A stretch of 64,000 bases of DNA, from the NCBI GenBank assembly GCA_050246815.1, contig JBFWVI010000010.1:2293-66292 (forward strand), written 5' to 3'. The position numbers and the translations under genes are program-made. Source of the DNA: Bdellovibrionales bacterium. GTDB lineage: Bacteria > Bdellovibrionota > Bdellovibrionia > Bdellovibrionales > UBA1609. The notes under the pieces are model-generated. The model made no database searches. It saw only the letters and a list, made by a program, of their open reading frames with translations, and was not told the DNA's origin. Shown in pieces: positions 1 to 9,956 of this stretch (position 1 is the stretch's first letter; each line of letters begins with the position of its first letter).

Positions 1-586
1 CCACCATGGCGCCGTCCTTGGTGGGTGCTAAATAGCCGTTCATGTTCCAATAATCGACTCGTGACCGGATCAGTCGATAGCGATTGTTGTGATCATAGGG
101 GCCCCACCACACATCAAAAATTTCCCAAAGATGAAAGCCCATGTATCCCAAAGCACCAATCGCCACCAAGCCTGCCTTGCGGTCACACTCTTCATCATCG
201 TCTTCGCTGAAGACGAGCACGCAGTCCTCAAGCCCCGCCATCAAAACCGCCAGTGAACCCAACTCGCCCACGGTGAAAATCCATCCTTTTTCTGAATAGC
301 GCCCCTGAATCGCGTGTCCTAGACCAAACCCAGGATATGTGCCGATCACGCCGCCGATGATGTGTGCGGCCGTGCTAATTTCGCCCTGGCTTAAGGTTCT
401 TTGTTCTTCGGCGGTTAACATCAAAGGCTCACGACGTTTCGCGACCACTGGATCTTCGATCTTGGCTTCGACTTTTTTCAATGTCTTTTGTGAGGATTTT
501 GAATCGGCCTCTTTTTTTGCCGAATCTTGCGCGCCGACTTGGAATGAAAACAGTGTGGCGAAAAGAATGTGGGACAGACGGCACAT
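1..586 (-). CDS. hypothetical secreted/membrane protein; 3' end cut by the window edge (absent from the ORF track)
   Basis: My own minus-strand translation from ATG 586..584 gives MCRLSHILFATLFSFQVGAQDSAKKE... It stays open for 195 codons to position 2. The N-terminus looks like a signal peptide, and there are Gly-rich hydrophobic segments (IIGGVIGTYPGFGLGHAI, GELGSLAVLMAGL). This reading explains + ORFs 25..210 and 339..608 as shadow frames. Confidence 0.55.
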   Translation of the reverse strand, partial: MCRLSHILFATLFSFQVGAQDSAKKEADSKSSQKTLKKVEAKIEDPVVAKRREPLMLTAEEQRTLSQGEISTAAHIIGGVIGTYPGFGLGHAIQGRYSEKGWIFTVGELGSLAVLMAGLEDCVLVFSEDDDEECDRKAGLVAIGALGYMGFHLWEIFDVWWGPYDHNNRYRLIRSRVDYWNMNGYLAPTKDGAMV

Positions 587-682
587 ATTCAGACCCCAAT
601 GCAATTGAGCTGAAATGTGTATCACACTAAATCAAATAGGTCGTCAAGGTGGAAGGCTTGGGATTAAGCGGCCTGATCTGGC

Positions 683-1516
683 CTATACCGCTTCTAGTTC
701 TTGCTCTTCGAAATACTGAGTCAGCTTGGCACGCAGACGCGCGATCGCTTGGGCATGAAGCTGCGAAACGCGGCTTTCGGTGACCCTTAAGACCCGGCCG
801 ATCTCTTTTAAGTTCAAATCTTCATAGTAGTACAAAGACAAGACCAGGCGTTGGCGCTCGGGCAAGTCCTCGATGGCCGTGGCAACGATGTCTTTGACCG
901 ACTTGAGGTTCAATTGGTTGAACGGATTACTCAACTTGCAGGATTCGAGTAGGTTCAAAATCGATTTTTTGTCGACGTTGCTGAAAGTGGCGGAATCATC
1001 GATCGACAACAGACTGACCGGTTTCACTTGATTCAACAGATCATGGAACTCATCCATCGAAACGCCCAGGCGCTCGGCGATCTCTTCATCGGTGGCACCA
1101 CGGCCCAATTGGGATTCAAGCTCAATCAAGGCTCGATCCAACATTTTTGATTTATCCCTCACCGAGCGCGGCACCCAGTCTTGAGCGCGAAGTTCATCTA
1201 AAATCGAGCCGCGGATACGGAATTCGGCGTAAGTTTTAAATTTATTGTCGCGGCTGGGATCGTATTTTTCGATGGCATCCATCAAACCAATCACACCACT
1301 CGAGATCAAATCATCCAGTTCGATATTGGCCGGCAAGCGCACCGCAATTTTTTGCGCGATGAACTTGATCAGGGGCGCATACTCCATGATCAGCTTGTCT
1401 TTTTGTTGTGGAGTGAGCTTTGACGGCTCTTCTTTGTATTTGCGCAACAACGCGCTGCTGTTTCCGGCTGCATTATTGGCACTATTATTACTGTTCTTCG
1501 AACTGGTATTCGACAT
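683..1516 (-). CDS. fliA: flagellar sigma factor FliA (sigma-28)
   Basis: Sigma-70 family region 2 (DLISSGVIGLMDAIEKYDP) and region 4 HTH (LPERQRLVLSLYYYEDLNLKEIGRVLRVTESRVSQLH) are present. It is the last gene after flhF-flhG. It has an Asn/Ser-rich N-terminal extension of about 25 aa. Confidence 0.92.
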   Translation of the reverse strand: MSNTSSKNSNNSANNAAGNSSALLRKYKEEPSKLTPQQKDKLIMEYAPLIKFIAQKIAVRLPANIELDDLISSGVIGLMDAIEKYDPSRDNKFKTYAEFRIRGSILDELRAQDWVPRSVRDKSKMLDRALIELESQLGRGATDEEIAERLGVSMDEFHDLLNQVKPVSLLSIDDSATFSNVDKKSILNLLESCKLSNPFNQLNLKSVKDIVATAIEDLPERQRLVLSLYYYEDLNLKEIGRVLRVTESRVSQLHAQAIARLRAKLTQYFEEQELEAV

Positions 1517-1580
1517 TTGGATCCCCGCCCCGATAATTCATGTTATCAAACTGAGAAATCGCTTTGATAGTCCTATTCTT

Positions 1581-2393
1581 TTATGCCACCCCTGAAAGCT
1601 GCTGCCAGAAAAACTGGATGCTGCCTTTAAGTTCTGGCACTTGACCTAACCCACTGATTCTTTCAGCCAATTTTCGAATCGCTAGACTGGACGGACAGCC
1701 AGGGGCACTATTGACGACCAATTGTTGCTGCTTTGTTGCTTGTCTCAAATTGAGATCATTGGGAATAAATCCTTTTAGGTCTAGGCTGATGCAAAGAAAG
1801 CGTGCCGCCACATCCGAGATCCGACGATACACGGCTTGAGCTTCGGCTTCGTCCTTCACCATATTGGGAACAATCGAAAAGCGCGACTCATGATGACGCT
1901 GAGAAAGCACTTTGATCAAAGCGTAAGAGTCGGCGATGCTCGCCGGGTCTGAGTTGACGATGACCACAATCTCTTGAGCCGCAGTGTTCAGGTATAAAAC
2001 GTTGTCGTCGATGCCTGGAGCAGTATCAATCAGCATGTAATCAAAGTGCTGATCCAAATCGCTCACCTGGTTAAGCAGCGCTTGACGCTGATAGATATCA
2101 AGTCGACTGAGACCATAAAGCCCACTGCCACCCGGAATCAAAAACACGTTTTCTGCGGCTTGCACAATCACTTCATCTAAAGTGCGTTCACCATTGAAGA
2201 CATCCTGGATTGAATACATCGTGCGAATACCAAACATGATGTCGATATTGGCCATGCCCAAATCCCCATCCAGAATCAACACGCGTTTACCGCGATTGCC
2301 CAATGTGGCGGCAAGATTGGCAACCATCGTGGATTTGCCGACTCCACCCTTGCCTGAAGTGATACTGATGGTTTTCGTACGTCGTTGAATCAT
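1581..2393 (-). CDS. flhG: MinD/ParA-type ATPase FlhG (FleN/YlxH)
   Basis: Deviant Walker A ITSGKGGVGKST and a Walker B-like LIDTAPG. ATGA overlap with the flhF stop. Located between flhF and fliA. Confidence 0.9.
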   Translation of the reverse strand: MIQRRTKTISITSGKGGVGKSTMVANLAATLGNRGKRVLILDGDLGMANIDIMFGIRTMYSIQDVFNGERTLDEVIVQAAENVFLIPGGSGLYGLSRLDIYQRQALLNQVSDLDQHFDYMLIDTAPGIDDNVLYLNTAAQEIVVIVNSDPASIADSYALIKVLSQRHHESRFSIVPNMVKDEAEAQAVYRRISDVAARFLCISLDLKGFIPNDLNLRQATKQQQLVVNSAPGCPSSLAIRKLAERISGLGQVPELKGSIQFFWQQLSGVA

Positions 2394-3811
2394 GGAGCTT
2401 TGTCCTTCCTAAGCTTTGAAAGTTTGAAAAGTAAATCAACCACACGTTCTTTGGTGGCTGGCTCTAGATCTTCGGGAATCTGATTGCCGATACCGAACGA
2501 GTGCAGGGGAACTTGGAAACGCTTTTGAAAATTGTAGATCAGACCATGCTGCGCGGCTTCGTCAAGGCCCGTAAAGATCACATCGCTGAAGCCGATCATC
2601 TGATAGCGGGATGCGGTCTCAAATGCCGACTCGTCATTAGCCAAAACCGACTGCACATAATGTGTCGAAACCCCACCCTCACCTGAAGGCATCAAACTGC
2701 GTATTGTGTCGACCTCTTGGATCGATTTTAAGTTCAGTCCCGGGTAATCCACCAAGATATGCTCGGCGTGCGCCAAGCGCGTTCGCACCTCAGCCCAATC
2801 ACTGGGCTGACGAATGATCGCAAAAGGCACGTTCAAGATCTGGGCATATATTCGCAACTGTTCAGAAGATCCGACGCGAGTGGTATCGGTGGTCACAATG
2901 GCGATGCGTTTTTTCTCGCAAATCACCATGTGACCGGCCAATTTGACCAAAGCCGAAGTTTTACCCTGACCCGCCGAACCGATGAACAAATGGTAACGGT
3001 TTGCCGTGCGCTGGTCCGCGATTTGAGTTTGATCCATCAAATACCGAGCCACCCACGCATCGACAAAGGCCGGCTTTTGCAGTTGCTCTTTTGCTAAAGT
3101 GTTTTGAGCATGTTTTAAGATTTCGATCGCGTTGTCGTTGCCAATACCGGCTCTCAACAATTTTTGATACATGCCGCTTAACTCATAACTGATGCCGGCG
3201 TCCGCCCCGGGGTGCATGGTCACGAAAGATTGTGGAATTTTCTGGAAGCTCTCGATGATCTTTCTTAAATTCAAGATCTCGGCTTTTAGATCGCGAATCT
3301 CGACGGGCTCGGTGGCAGAACGCGAGACCGCGAGCGGGCGTGTAATTGGCGCAGGCACTGGCGTCGGCACTACGGCGGCCTCATTCATGGCCTGAAAAGC
3401 GCGTTGAGCGGCAGATTTCACTCGTTGTTCGGCTGCAACAGCGCTGTGGGCGGCCATGGGCATCGCGCCTTGGTCCTCATCCATAATTTCAGCATAACGC
3501 ATGGGCTTAGGCCTTGGAGCGGGCGCCTCGGTCACCGTATTGGCCTTGTCGATAAAGTTGCGCTGCTGACGGGCCGGCACCTGATCAAAACGCTCTTTCA
3601 AAGATTGACTGAGTTTTGATTCCGCCAACCGTTTGCGACGCAAAGTCTCCTCAGAAATTGCGGCCGTGACTTCCACACTCTTTTGGCCGGCAATTCCAAA
3701 TCCGCGACTGTTGTCTTTGGCTGACAAGATGATGGCTTCTGGCCCCAGGTGGCGCTTCACCAGCTCGAGCGCCTCTTTCATGTTTTTGGCTTCAAACTTC
3801 TTAACTTGCAT
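2390..3811 (-). CDS. flhF: flagellar biosynthesis SRP-type GTPase FlhF
   Basis: N-terminal B-domain MQVKKFEAKNMKEALELVKRHLGPEAIILS and P-loop GSAGQGKTS. C-terminal G domain (DYPG, FTGLDEA, GIGNQIPEDL). Lies immediately downstream of flhA. Confidence 0.9.
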   Translation of the reverse strand: MQVKKFEAKNMKEALELVKRHLGPEAIILSAKDNSRGFGIAGQKSVEVTAAISEETLRRKRLAESKLSQSLKERFDQVPARQQRNFIDKANTVTEAPAPRPKPMRYAEIMDEDQGAMPMAAHSAVAAEQRVKSAAQRAFQAMNEAAVVPTPVPAPITRPLAVSRSATEPVEIRDLKAEILNLRKIIESFQKIPQSFVTMHPGADAGISYELSGMYQKLLRAGIGNDNAIEILKHAQNTLAKEQLQKPAFVDAWVARYLMDQTQIADQRTANRYHLFIGSAGQGKTSALVKLAGHMVICEKKRIAIVTTDTTRVGSSEQLRIYAQILNVPFAIIRQPSDWAEVRTRLAHAEHILVDYPGLNLKSIQEVDTIRSLMPSGEGGVSTHYVQSVLANDESAFETASRYQMIGFSDVIFTGLDEAAQHGLIYNFQKRFQVPLHSFGIGNQIPEDLEPATKERVVDLLFKLSKLRKDKAP

Positions 3812-5897
3812 GGGCCATCTCCACCACTCCGACCGCCGTCACGCGGGCGTCGGAGGAAAGTTCATTGTGCGAAAGAACCGTCAATTGCGGGATAAAACGC
3901 GATGTCAGCTTAAACAGGTGACGACGTGCGGTCGGACTGGTTAACAGCACCGGCTGGGCCGCGATCTCGGGATGAGCCTCGATGGTGCGCGCAATGCGAT
4001 TAATGAGCTCTTGGGCCGAACGCGGATCCATCACAAGCTGCACCCCTTGCTCTGTTTGCAAGAGTGAGTTGGCGATCAGCTCTTCGATGTTCGGATCCAA
4101 AGTGATCACAGCTAGACGATCACCATCATTGCGGAACTTGGCTGTGATTCCGCGCGCCAGGGCTTTGCGCACGGCTTCAGTTAAAATTTCGGCGTCTTTG
4201 TTGCGCGAAGCTTCGTCGGCTAAGGTTTCAAAAATAGTCAGCAGATCGCGAATCGAAACCTGTTCACGCAGCAAGTTTTGCAAGACCTTGACCACGGCGC
4301 CCAAAGACAACAAATTCGGAACCAGTTCCTCGACGACTTTGGGATAACTTTTCTTGAAAGTGTCCAAAAGGCTGCTGGCTTCCTGGCGACCAAACAATTC
4401 ATGAGCATGAGTGCGAATAATTTCAGTAATGTGGGTCGCCATGACCGTGGGCAAGTCGACCACGGTGTATCCTGCCATTTCGGCATCTTCTTTTTGATTT
4501 TTTGAAATCCACAAGGCATCCAAACCGAAAGCGGGTTCTTTCGTCGGCGTGCCATTAATGCGACGAGTGACATTGCCCGGGTCCATAGCCAACATACTGT
4601 CGGGGCGAAGTGTGCCACCGCCGACACGATTGCCTTTGATCATAAGACGATATTCACCGGGCTCAAGTTGCAAATTGTCGCGAATGTGAATGCTGGGCAC
4701 CACGATGCCCAGGTCCAGGGCAAATTGTTTGCGAATACTGACGATGCGCTCAAGCAAATCACCGCTCTGATCAGACTCTACCACATTAATCAGGCCATAA
4801 CCCACTTCGAGTTCAACCAAATCCAGAGGCAGCATATTCTCGATGGCTTCACGCTTGGGCTTGCGCGCCTCTTCTTCGGCCATGCGGCGTTCTTTTTCGA
4901 TTTTCTCGTCGCCGTGGCGATTCACGAACCAGGCAATGCCACCCAAGATAATCGCCATAAAGAAGAAGGGAGTGGTCGGCAAGCCAGGCACAACTCCAAG
5001 CAATCCCAAAATCACGGCGACGATGGCGACGGCACGGGGCTTTAAGAACAGCTGAGTTGCGACCTCGGTGCCCATGTTTTTCGAAGCCGAGTTACGGGTC
5101 ACGATGATACCGGCTGCGGTTGATATGATCAGCGCCGGAATTTGCGTCACAAGACCATCACCGATTGTCAGCATCGTGTAAGTCTTAGCTGCCGCCGCGA
5201 CATCCAAATTCTTTTGCATCACGCCAATCAACAGACCACCTACGATGTTGACCACCGTAATAATAATGCCTGCGATAGCATCACCACGAACGAATTTGCT
5301 GGCACCATCCATGGAGCCGTAGAAGTCGGCTTCAGCTTCGATCTCTTTACGACGCTTACGGGCATCTTGCTCGGTGATCAGACCTGCATTCAAGTCGGCG
5401 TCGATCGACATTTGTTTACCGGGCATGGCGTCCAAGGTGAAACGTGCGGCGACTTCCGCCACGCGGCCCGAACCTTTGGTGATCACGATAAAGTTGATCA
5501 CCACCAAGATAATAAAGACGATCAAACCGATGACATAATTATCGCCAACCACGAAGTGGCCGAAAGCCTGAATCACAGCGCCAACAGAATCCCCGCCGTC
5601 ATGGCCGTGGGTCAAAATTAAACGCGTTGTTGCGACGTTCAATGCCAAACGGAACAACGTCGCCATCAAAAGCAGGCTTGGGAAAACACTGAAGTCCAAA
5701 GAACGTTCCGTGTAAACCGCGACCAATAAAATCAACAACGACAAGCCCAGTGAAAACGTCAGTGCCAAATCAAGCATGATGGCCGGAAGCGGAATAATCA
5801 TTACCGCCAAAATAGCAACCAGGCCAACCGCAACTAGCAAGTCGATGTTTTTAGTAATCCTCTCGAAGCGGCGCAAAAATTGGAAAAGCTGTTCCAT
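3801..5897 (-). CDS. flhA: flagellar export gate protein FlhA
   Basis: 698 aa with a polytopic N-terminal half carrying FHIPEP-type motifs (SLDFSVFPSLLL, ARFTLDAMPGKQMSIDADL). Large cytoplasmic C-domain. Confidence 0.97.
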   Translation of the reverse strand: MEQLFQFLRRFERITKNIDLLVAVGLVAILAVMIIPLPAIMLDLALTFSLGLSLLILLVAVYTERSLDFSVFPSLLLMATLFRLALNVATTRLILTHGHDGGDSVGAVIQAFGHFVVGDNYVIGLIVFIILVVINFIVITKGSGRVAEVAARFTLDAMPGKQMSIDADLNAGLITEQDARKRRKEIEAEADFYGSMDGASKFVRGDAIAGIIITVVNIVGGLLIGVMQKNLDVAAAAKTYTMLTIGDGLVTQIPALIISTAAGIIVTRNSASKNMGTEVATQLFLKPRAVAIVAVILGLLGVVPGLPTTPFFFMAIILGGIAWFVNRHGDEKIEKERRMAEEEARKPKREAIENMLPLDLVELEVGYGLINVVESDQSGDLLERIVSIRKQFALDLGIVVPSIHIRDNLQLEPGEYRLMIKGNRVGGGTLRPDSMLAMDPGNVTRRINGTPTKEPAFGLDALWISKNQKEDAEMAGYTVVDLPTVMATHITEIIRTHAHELFGRQEASSLLDTFKKSYPKVVEELVPNLLSLGAVVKVLQNLLREQVSIRDLLTIFETLADEASRNKDAEILTEAVRKALARGITAKFRNDGDRLAVITLDPNIEELIANSLLQTEQGVQLVMDPRSAQELINRIARTIEAHPEIAAQPVLLTSPTARRHLFKLTSRFIPQLTVLSHNELSSDARVTAVGVVEMAHAS

Positions 5898-5900
5898 GTT

Positions 5901-6968
5901 CTATTGCACCTTTCTTTTAAGGCGGAAAACATACGCCAAGACTTCGGCCACAGCGGTGTACAATTCACGTGGGATGCTTTGCCCAAGCTTCAGAGTTTTA
6001 TAAATCGCGCGCGCCAAGGGTTTGTTCTCGACGATCGGAATATTGTGCTCACGCGCCAAGGCCTTTATTTTTTCGGCCACCAGATCGGCACCCTTTGCGA
6101 TCACGGTGGGGGCCACCATGGTTTCATCGTACTTCAGAGCGACCGCGATGTGGGTTGGGTTGGTCACGATCACATCGGCTTTAGGAACCTTTTCCATCAT
6201 GCGGCGACTGGCCACTTCGCGCTGCACGCGCTTGATTCGCGCACGAACCAGTGGATCGCCTTCACGTGATTTGACCTCTTCTTTGACCTCTTCTTTGGTC
6301 ATCATCATTTCTTTTTCTAAATCCCAACGCTGAAATAAAAAATCTAGACCGGCCAAAATGGCCATCAAAGTGCCCACACCAAGCAGCAGCTTGAAGACGA
6401 CATCGCCCAAGTAAGTCAAAAGTTGCGAGACCGAATAGTCGACTAAGTGAGGCAATGACTGAACCTCACTTCGCAGCACCATGTAGGCAACAACTGAAAT
6501 CACGATCAATTTAATGATGGCCTTTATACCTTCGACCATAGATTTAAGACTCAAGACTCGTTTGAATCCTTGGATCGGGTCCAAACGTTCCGGACGGAAT
6601 TCCAAGGCCTCTTCATTGTACAAAAAGCCGACTTGTACAATCGACGAGATGAACGAAATCGCCCAAAACATCCCCAAAACAGGTGCCAGCACCATCATCA
6701 TTTTATTGACGGCAAAACCCGCAGCCGCCAGCCACGCACCGTCACGGGCGGCCAACACGACGTATTGTTCGAAGGATTGGGTCATCAGCTCATGCAACTG
6801 GGTTAAGAAAAAGCGGCCGAACAACCACACCACCAAAAGGACGCCAAAAATGGCCAAGACAGAGGCCAACTCTTTAGTTTGCGCCACCTGGCCACGCTTA
6901 CGAAAGTCTTCGCGCCGCTGGGGCGAGGCTTCTTCTGTTTTTTCGCCGCGTTCCGTTTCTTGTGCCAT
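5901..6968 (-). CDS. flhB: flagellar export switch protein FlhB
   Basis: 355 aa with 4 TM segments and the NPTH autocleavage motif (ADVIVTNPTHIAVALKYD). Confidence 0.96.
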   Translation of the reverse strand: MAQETERGEKTEEASPQRREDFRKRGQVAQTKELASVLAIFGVLLVVWLFGRFFLTQLHELMTQSFEQYVVLAARDGAWLAAAGFAVNKMMMVLAPVLGMFWAISFISSIVQVGFLYNEEALEFRPERLDPIQGFKRVLSLKSMVEGIKAIIKLIVISVVAYMVLRSEVQSLPHLVDYSVSQLLTYLGDVVFKLLLGVGTLMAILAGLDFLFQRWDLEKEMMMTKEEVKEEVKSREGDPLVRARIKRVQREVASRRMMEKVPKADVIVTNPTHIAVALKYDETMVAPTVIAKGADLVAEKIKALAREHNIPIVENKPLARAIYKTLKLGQSIPRELYTAVAEVLAYVFRLKRKVQ

Positions 6969-6974
6969 TCTTCC

Positions 6975-7754
6975 CTACATCGCCTTGACGATCTGAAATA
7001 ATCGATTCGCCGAAGTCTCTAAAAGGTCGGGAACTTCCCCGACCATCAAAGGCAAAGCCAAAATCAAAACCACCAATCCAACCAGCACGTTGACTGCAAG
7101 ACTGGTGATTAACACATTGATCTGTGGAACTGTTTTACCCAAAATGCCCATCACCATATTGACGACCAAAATTGACATCATGACCGGCGCGCTGATTTTG
7201 ATGCCAATAATGACAATGTCTTGAACAATTTCACCGATGCTGAGCAGCGGAGACATCGACAACAACTCTGGGCCCATAGGAATGATGCGGAAGGTGTCCA
7301 CAAGGCCCATTAAAAATAGGTGGTGCCCGTTGATCGACAAGAAAACAAGACCAGCCAGCGCGAAGAAGAACTGATCCAGGGGCGAAGACATACCGCCCAT
7401 GGCCGGGTTATAAAGTTGCGCCCCCGAAAGCCCCAACGCCAAGCTGACCAGTTCGCCCGCCACCCGCGTGGCCATTAAAAACATACGCGCCAAAAAGCCG
7501 AACATCACTCCGATGAAAGCCTCTTTGACGGACAACCAAATCAATTGGCTTGAGCCAAAAGAAGCCGTCAAGTTTTGCCATTCCACCGCCGGGAAGATCA
7601 AAAACGTAACCATTAAGGCAAATAAAATTTTAACGGAGGCAGGCACAGACTCCACCCCAAAAATCGGCCAGGCAACCACAAATGTCGACACGCGAATCAG
7701 CATCATCGCGAAGGCCAGAATCTCAGGTTCTGAAAAGCGGTAAATGCTCTCCAC
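6975..7754 (-). CDS. fliR: flagellar export apparatus protein FliR
   Basis: 259-aa polytopic membrane protein between fliQ and flhB. GTG start shares one nt with the fliQ stop (TAGTG). Confidence 0.9.
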   Translation of the reverse strand: MESIYRFSEPEILAFAMMLIRVSTFVVAWPIFGVESVPASVKILFALMVTFLIFPAVEWQNLTASFGSSQLIWLSVKEAFIGVMFGFLARMFLMATRVAGELVSLALGLSGAQLYNPAMGGMSSPLDQFFFALAGLVFLSINGHHLFLMGLVDTFRIIPMGPELLSMSPLLSIGEIVQDIVIIGIKISAPVMMSILVVNMVMGILGKTVPQINVLITSLAVNVLVGLVVLILALPLMVGEVPDLLETSANRLFQIVKAM

Positions 7755-8026
7755 TAATTCCTCACCATGTCCGCTATACCCGAGTAAAGTTCAACCGTGA
7801 ATTGGCTCATCACATCCAACATCCAAGGGGCCGCGATCAGAAACACGATAGCCACCACGGCCATCTTGGGAATGAAGGTCAACGTGGCTTCGTTGATCTG
7901 GGTCACCGCCTGCAGCACACTGATTAGCAAACCGACAACCAACGCGGCCATGAGCATGGGGCCCGCCAACATCGCCGTGGTTTTGATCGTTTGTTGCCCC
8001 AATTGAATAATCAGTTGCTCGGTCAT
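7754..8026 (-). CDS. fliQ: flagellar export apparatus protein FliQ
   Basis: 90-aa two-TM protein starting MTEQLIIQLGQQ. I chose ATG 8026 because an AGGAGA SD lies 6 nt upstream; the track's TTG at 8044 overlaps fliP. Confidence 0.9.
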   Translation of the reverse strand: MTEQLIIQLGQQTIKTTAMLAGPMLMAALVVGLLISVLQAVTQINEATLTFIPKMAVVAIVFLIAAPWMLDVMSQFTVELYSGIADMVRN

Positions 8027-8036
8027 CAGAGTTCTC

Positions 8037-8789
8037 CTAACCAAAGCTCTTCACTAAAGAGCCGACGATCAAAGACCATCCATCCACCAAAACGAACAAC
8101 ATGATCTTAAATGGCAGTGAGATCACAACGGGCGGCAACATCATCATACCCATCGCCATCAAAACGCTGGCCACGACCATGTCGATCACCAGGAAGGGCA
8201 GATAAATGATAAAACCAATTTGAAACGCGGTTTTGAGCTCAGATAGCACGAAGGCCGGTATTAAAACGGTGGTCGACACGTCAGCGCGGGTGCGTGGACG
8301 CTCGGCCTTGGCCATTTTCACGAACAACGCCAAGTCTTGATCTCGAGTTTGATTAAACATGAATCCGCGCAAGGGAACCAAGGCCTTGTTCATGGCCTCG
8401 TCTTGGCTGATTTTATTGTCTAAAAAGGGTTGCAGAGCTTCGCTGTTCACCTTGGTCAAGATCGGCGACATGATGAACAGAGTTAAAAACAGTGCCATGC
8501 CTACCAACAATTGGTTTGGCGGCATTTGCTGAGTGCCCAAAGCCTGGCGAAGAAACGACAGCACCACGATGATACGCGTGAAGCTGGTCATCAGAATCAA
8601 GATCGCCGGAGCCAATGTCAAAACGGTCAACATCATCAAGATCTTGATGGTGTTGACGATTTCATTGGGATTGTTCGTCGATTTAAAACCCAAATTAATT
8701 GAGGGCAAAGTCACCTGCGCGTATGCCAGGCTTGGCAGCAAAAGACACAGTCCAAATAGGCCCAGCCAAGCAAGGCTTCGGCGCTTCAT
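8037..8789 (-). CDS. fliP: flagellar export apparatus protein FliP
   Basis: Signal peptide (LLLPSLAYAQ) and conserved FliP blocks (FTRIIVVLSFLRQALGTQQMPPNQ, AFQIGFIIYLPFLVIDMVVASVLMAMGMMMLPP). Confidence 0.96.
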   Translation of the reverse strand: MKRRSLAWLGLFGLCLLLPSLAYAQVTLPSINLGFKSTNNPNEIVNTIKILMMLTVLTLAPAILILMTSFTRIIVVLSFLRQALGTQQMPPNQLLVGMALFLTLFIMSPILTKVNSEALQPFLDNKISQDEAMNKALVPLRGFMFNQTRDQDLALFVKMAKAERPRTRADVSTTVLIPAFVLSELKTAFQIGFIIYLPFLVIDMVVASVLMAMGMMMLPPVVISLPFKIMLFVLVDGWSLIVGSLVKSFG

Positions 8790-9538
8790 AAGGACCTCAT
8801 CTCGCGTAGGCGGCTTGCGACCATGTCGCGCACACTGCCGAAACTAAAGTCTTCCTTTTCGCCCGCAGCCTGGGCCGATGCCTGCAGCGGCGCCTTGAAT
8901 TCAACATGATCTTGAACCTGATGGTCCAGTTCTTGACTGAATTGCTGGGGCACTTCCATCGGCAAATCTTCGTCCAGCAAAGCCAAGGATTTGATCATCG
9001 AAATATTGTGATCCGTGATACCGATCAAGATCGATTCGCCGGCGACACGAATAATCGCAAGGCTCTTTTTGGGGCCTAGTCCATACTGGGTCAACACTTT
9101 GATCTGATGGTGCTGGGTCAGTCCGGTCTTGCGTTTAGCCCAAAAGCGGGCAAACAAATATAGTCCGGCGGTCACGGCCAGTAAAATGCCCATGCTCATC
9201 ACAAGACGGGTCATAGGATCTGCGGACTTACTTGCAAGCTTGTCCACCTTGGTCAATACGGGGATTTGATCTTCGCTTTGGTTTTGCTGAACGATTGGGG
9301 CTTGTGCCGCCTGGATTTTTTCTTCTATTTTCATTTCGCCAGCCAACAACTCTTGGGCTGGTTGACGATTTTCTGCAGCGGGCAGGGCCGCCGTCAGTTC
9401 GGCCACGGTTTTGGCATCGATTTCTTCTTCTGTTTCAACGATGGCAGAAGCGGACACAGGCGCCGTGGGTTCAGCCGTCCAAGCTGGCGCACTCAAGTAC
9501 ATTGAAGACAATAAAAGACCTTGAAAAATCGTCCGCAC
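8786..9538 (-). CDS. fliO: FliO/FliZ-like flagellar biosynthesis protein with a long N-terminal extension
   Basis: Single TM (MGILLAVTAGLYLFARFWAKRK) followed by the FliO core (IKVLTQYGLGPKKSLAIIRVAGESILIGITDHNISMI). Located between fliN and fliP. I prefer GTG 9538 because an AAGGAG SD lies 6 nt upstream; the track start is TTG 9562. Confidence 0.75.
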   Translation of the reverse strand: MRTIFQGLLLSSMYLSAPAWTAEPTAPVSASAIVETEEEIDAKTVAELTAALPAAENRQPAQELLAGEMKIEEKIQAAQAPIVQQNQSEDQIPVLTKVDKLASKSADPMTRLVMSMGILLAVTAGLYLFARFWAKRKTGLTQHHQIKVLTQYGLGPKKSLAIIRVAGESILIGITDHNISMIKSLALLDEDLPMEVPQQFSQELDHQVQDHVEFKAPLQASAQAAGEKEDFSFGSVRDMVASRLREMRSL

Positions 9539-9578
9539 GTTTTTCTCCTTACCAAAATTCAAAAATGACTTCTGCTGT

Positions 9579-9947
9579 CTACTTCAGCTGCTCAACTCGC
9601 TCGGTGGGCGAAATGATGTCGGTCAGGCGCACGCCGAACTTTTCATTCACCACCACAGCTTCACCCCGGGCCACAAGCTTGTCATTGACCAGGACTTCCA
9701 TCGGCTCACCGGCGAGCTTATTGAGCTCGATCACGCTGCCCTGCCCCAAGTTCAGCAGATCCGAGACCACCATCTTGGTGCGTCCTAGCTCCACCGTGAC
9801 CCTTAAAGGGATGTCCAGAATCAGAGCCAGATTGCGGTCGTGAGTTTCATTCTCGACTGCCGTCGGGCCTGCTGCTGCGGGCACTTCTTCGGGAACGGCT
9901 TCCACCGCCGCCAGATTTTGCGCCAGGTTTGATTTATCGTCTGCCAT
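9579..9947 (-). CDS. fliN: flagellar motor switch protein FliN
   Basis: C-terminal SpoA domain ([65 protein letters not shown]). Confidence 0.95.
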   Translation of the reverse strand: MADDKSNLAQNLAAVEAVPEEVPAAAGPTAVENETHDRNLALILDIPLRVTVELGRTKMVVSDLLNLGQGSVIELNKLAGEPMEVLVNDKLVARGEAVVVNEKFGVRLTDIISPTERVEQLK

Positions 9948-9956
9948 CTTAGGACC

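Noticed and set aside
25-608. Plus-strand ORFs 25..210 and 339..608
   Set aside because: They lie antisense to a longer, stop-free minus-strand frame with a signal peptide (1..586). Their translations are Cys/Pro/Arg-rich and look non-protein-like.
3982-6996. Many 60-190-aa ORFs overlapping flhA, flhB and fliR on either strand (e.g. 4668..5045, 5142..5621, 6514..6996, and same-strand alternative-frame 4238..4627)
   Set aside because: These are shadow frames of strongly supported flagellar export genes. The same applies to comparable ORFs overlapping uvrD, ileS, fliK, fliF, the EBP and the TPR gene throughout the window.
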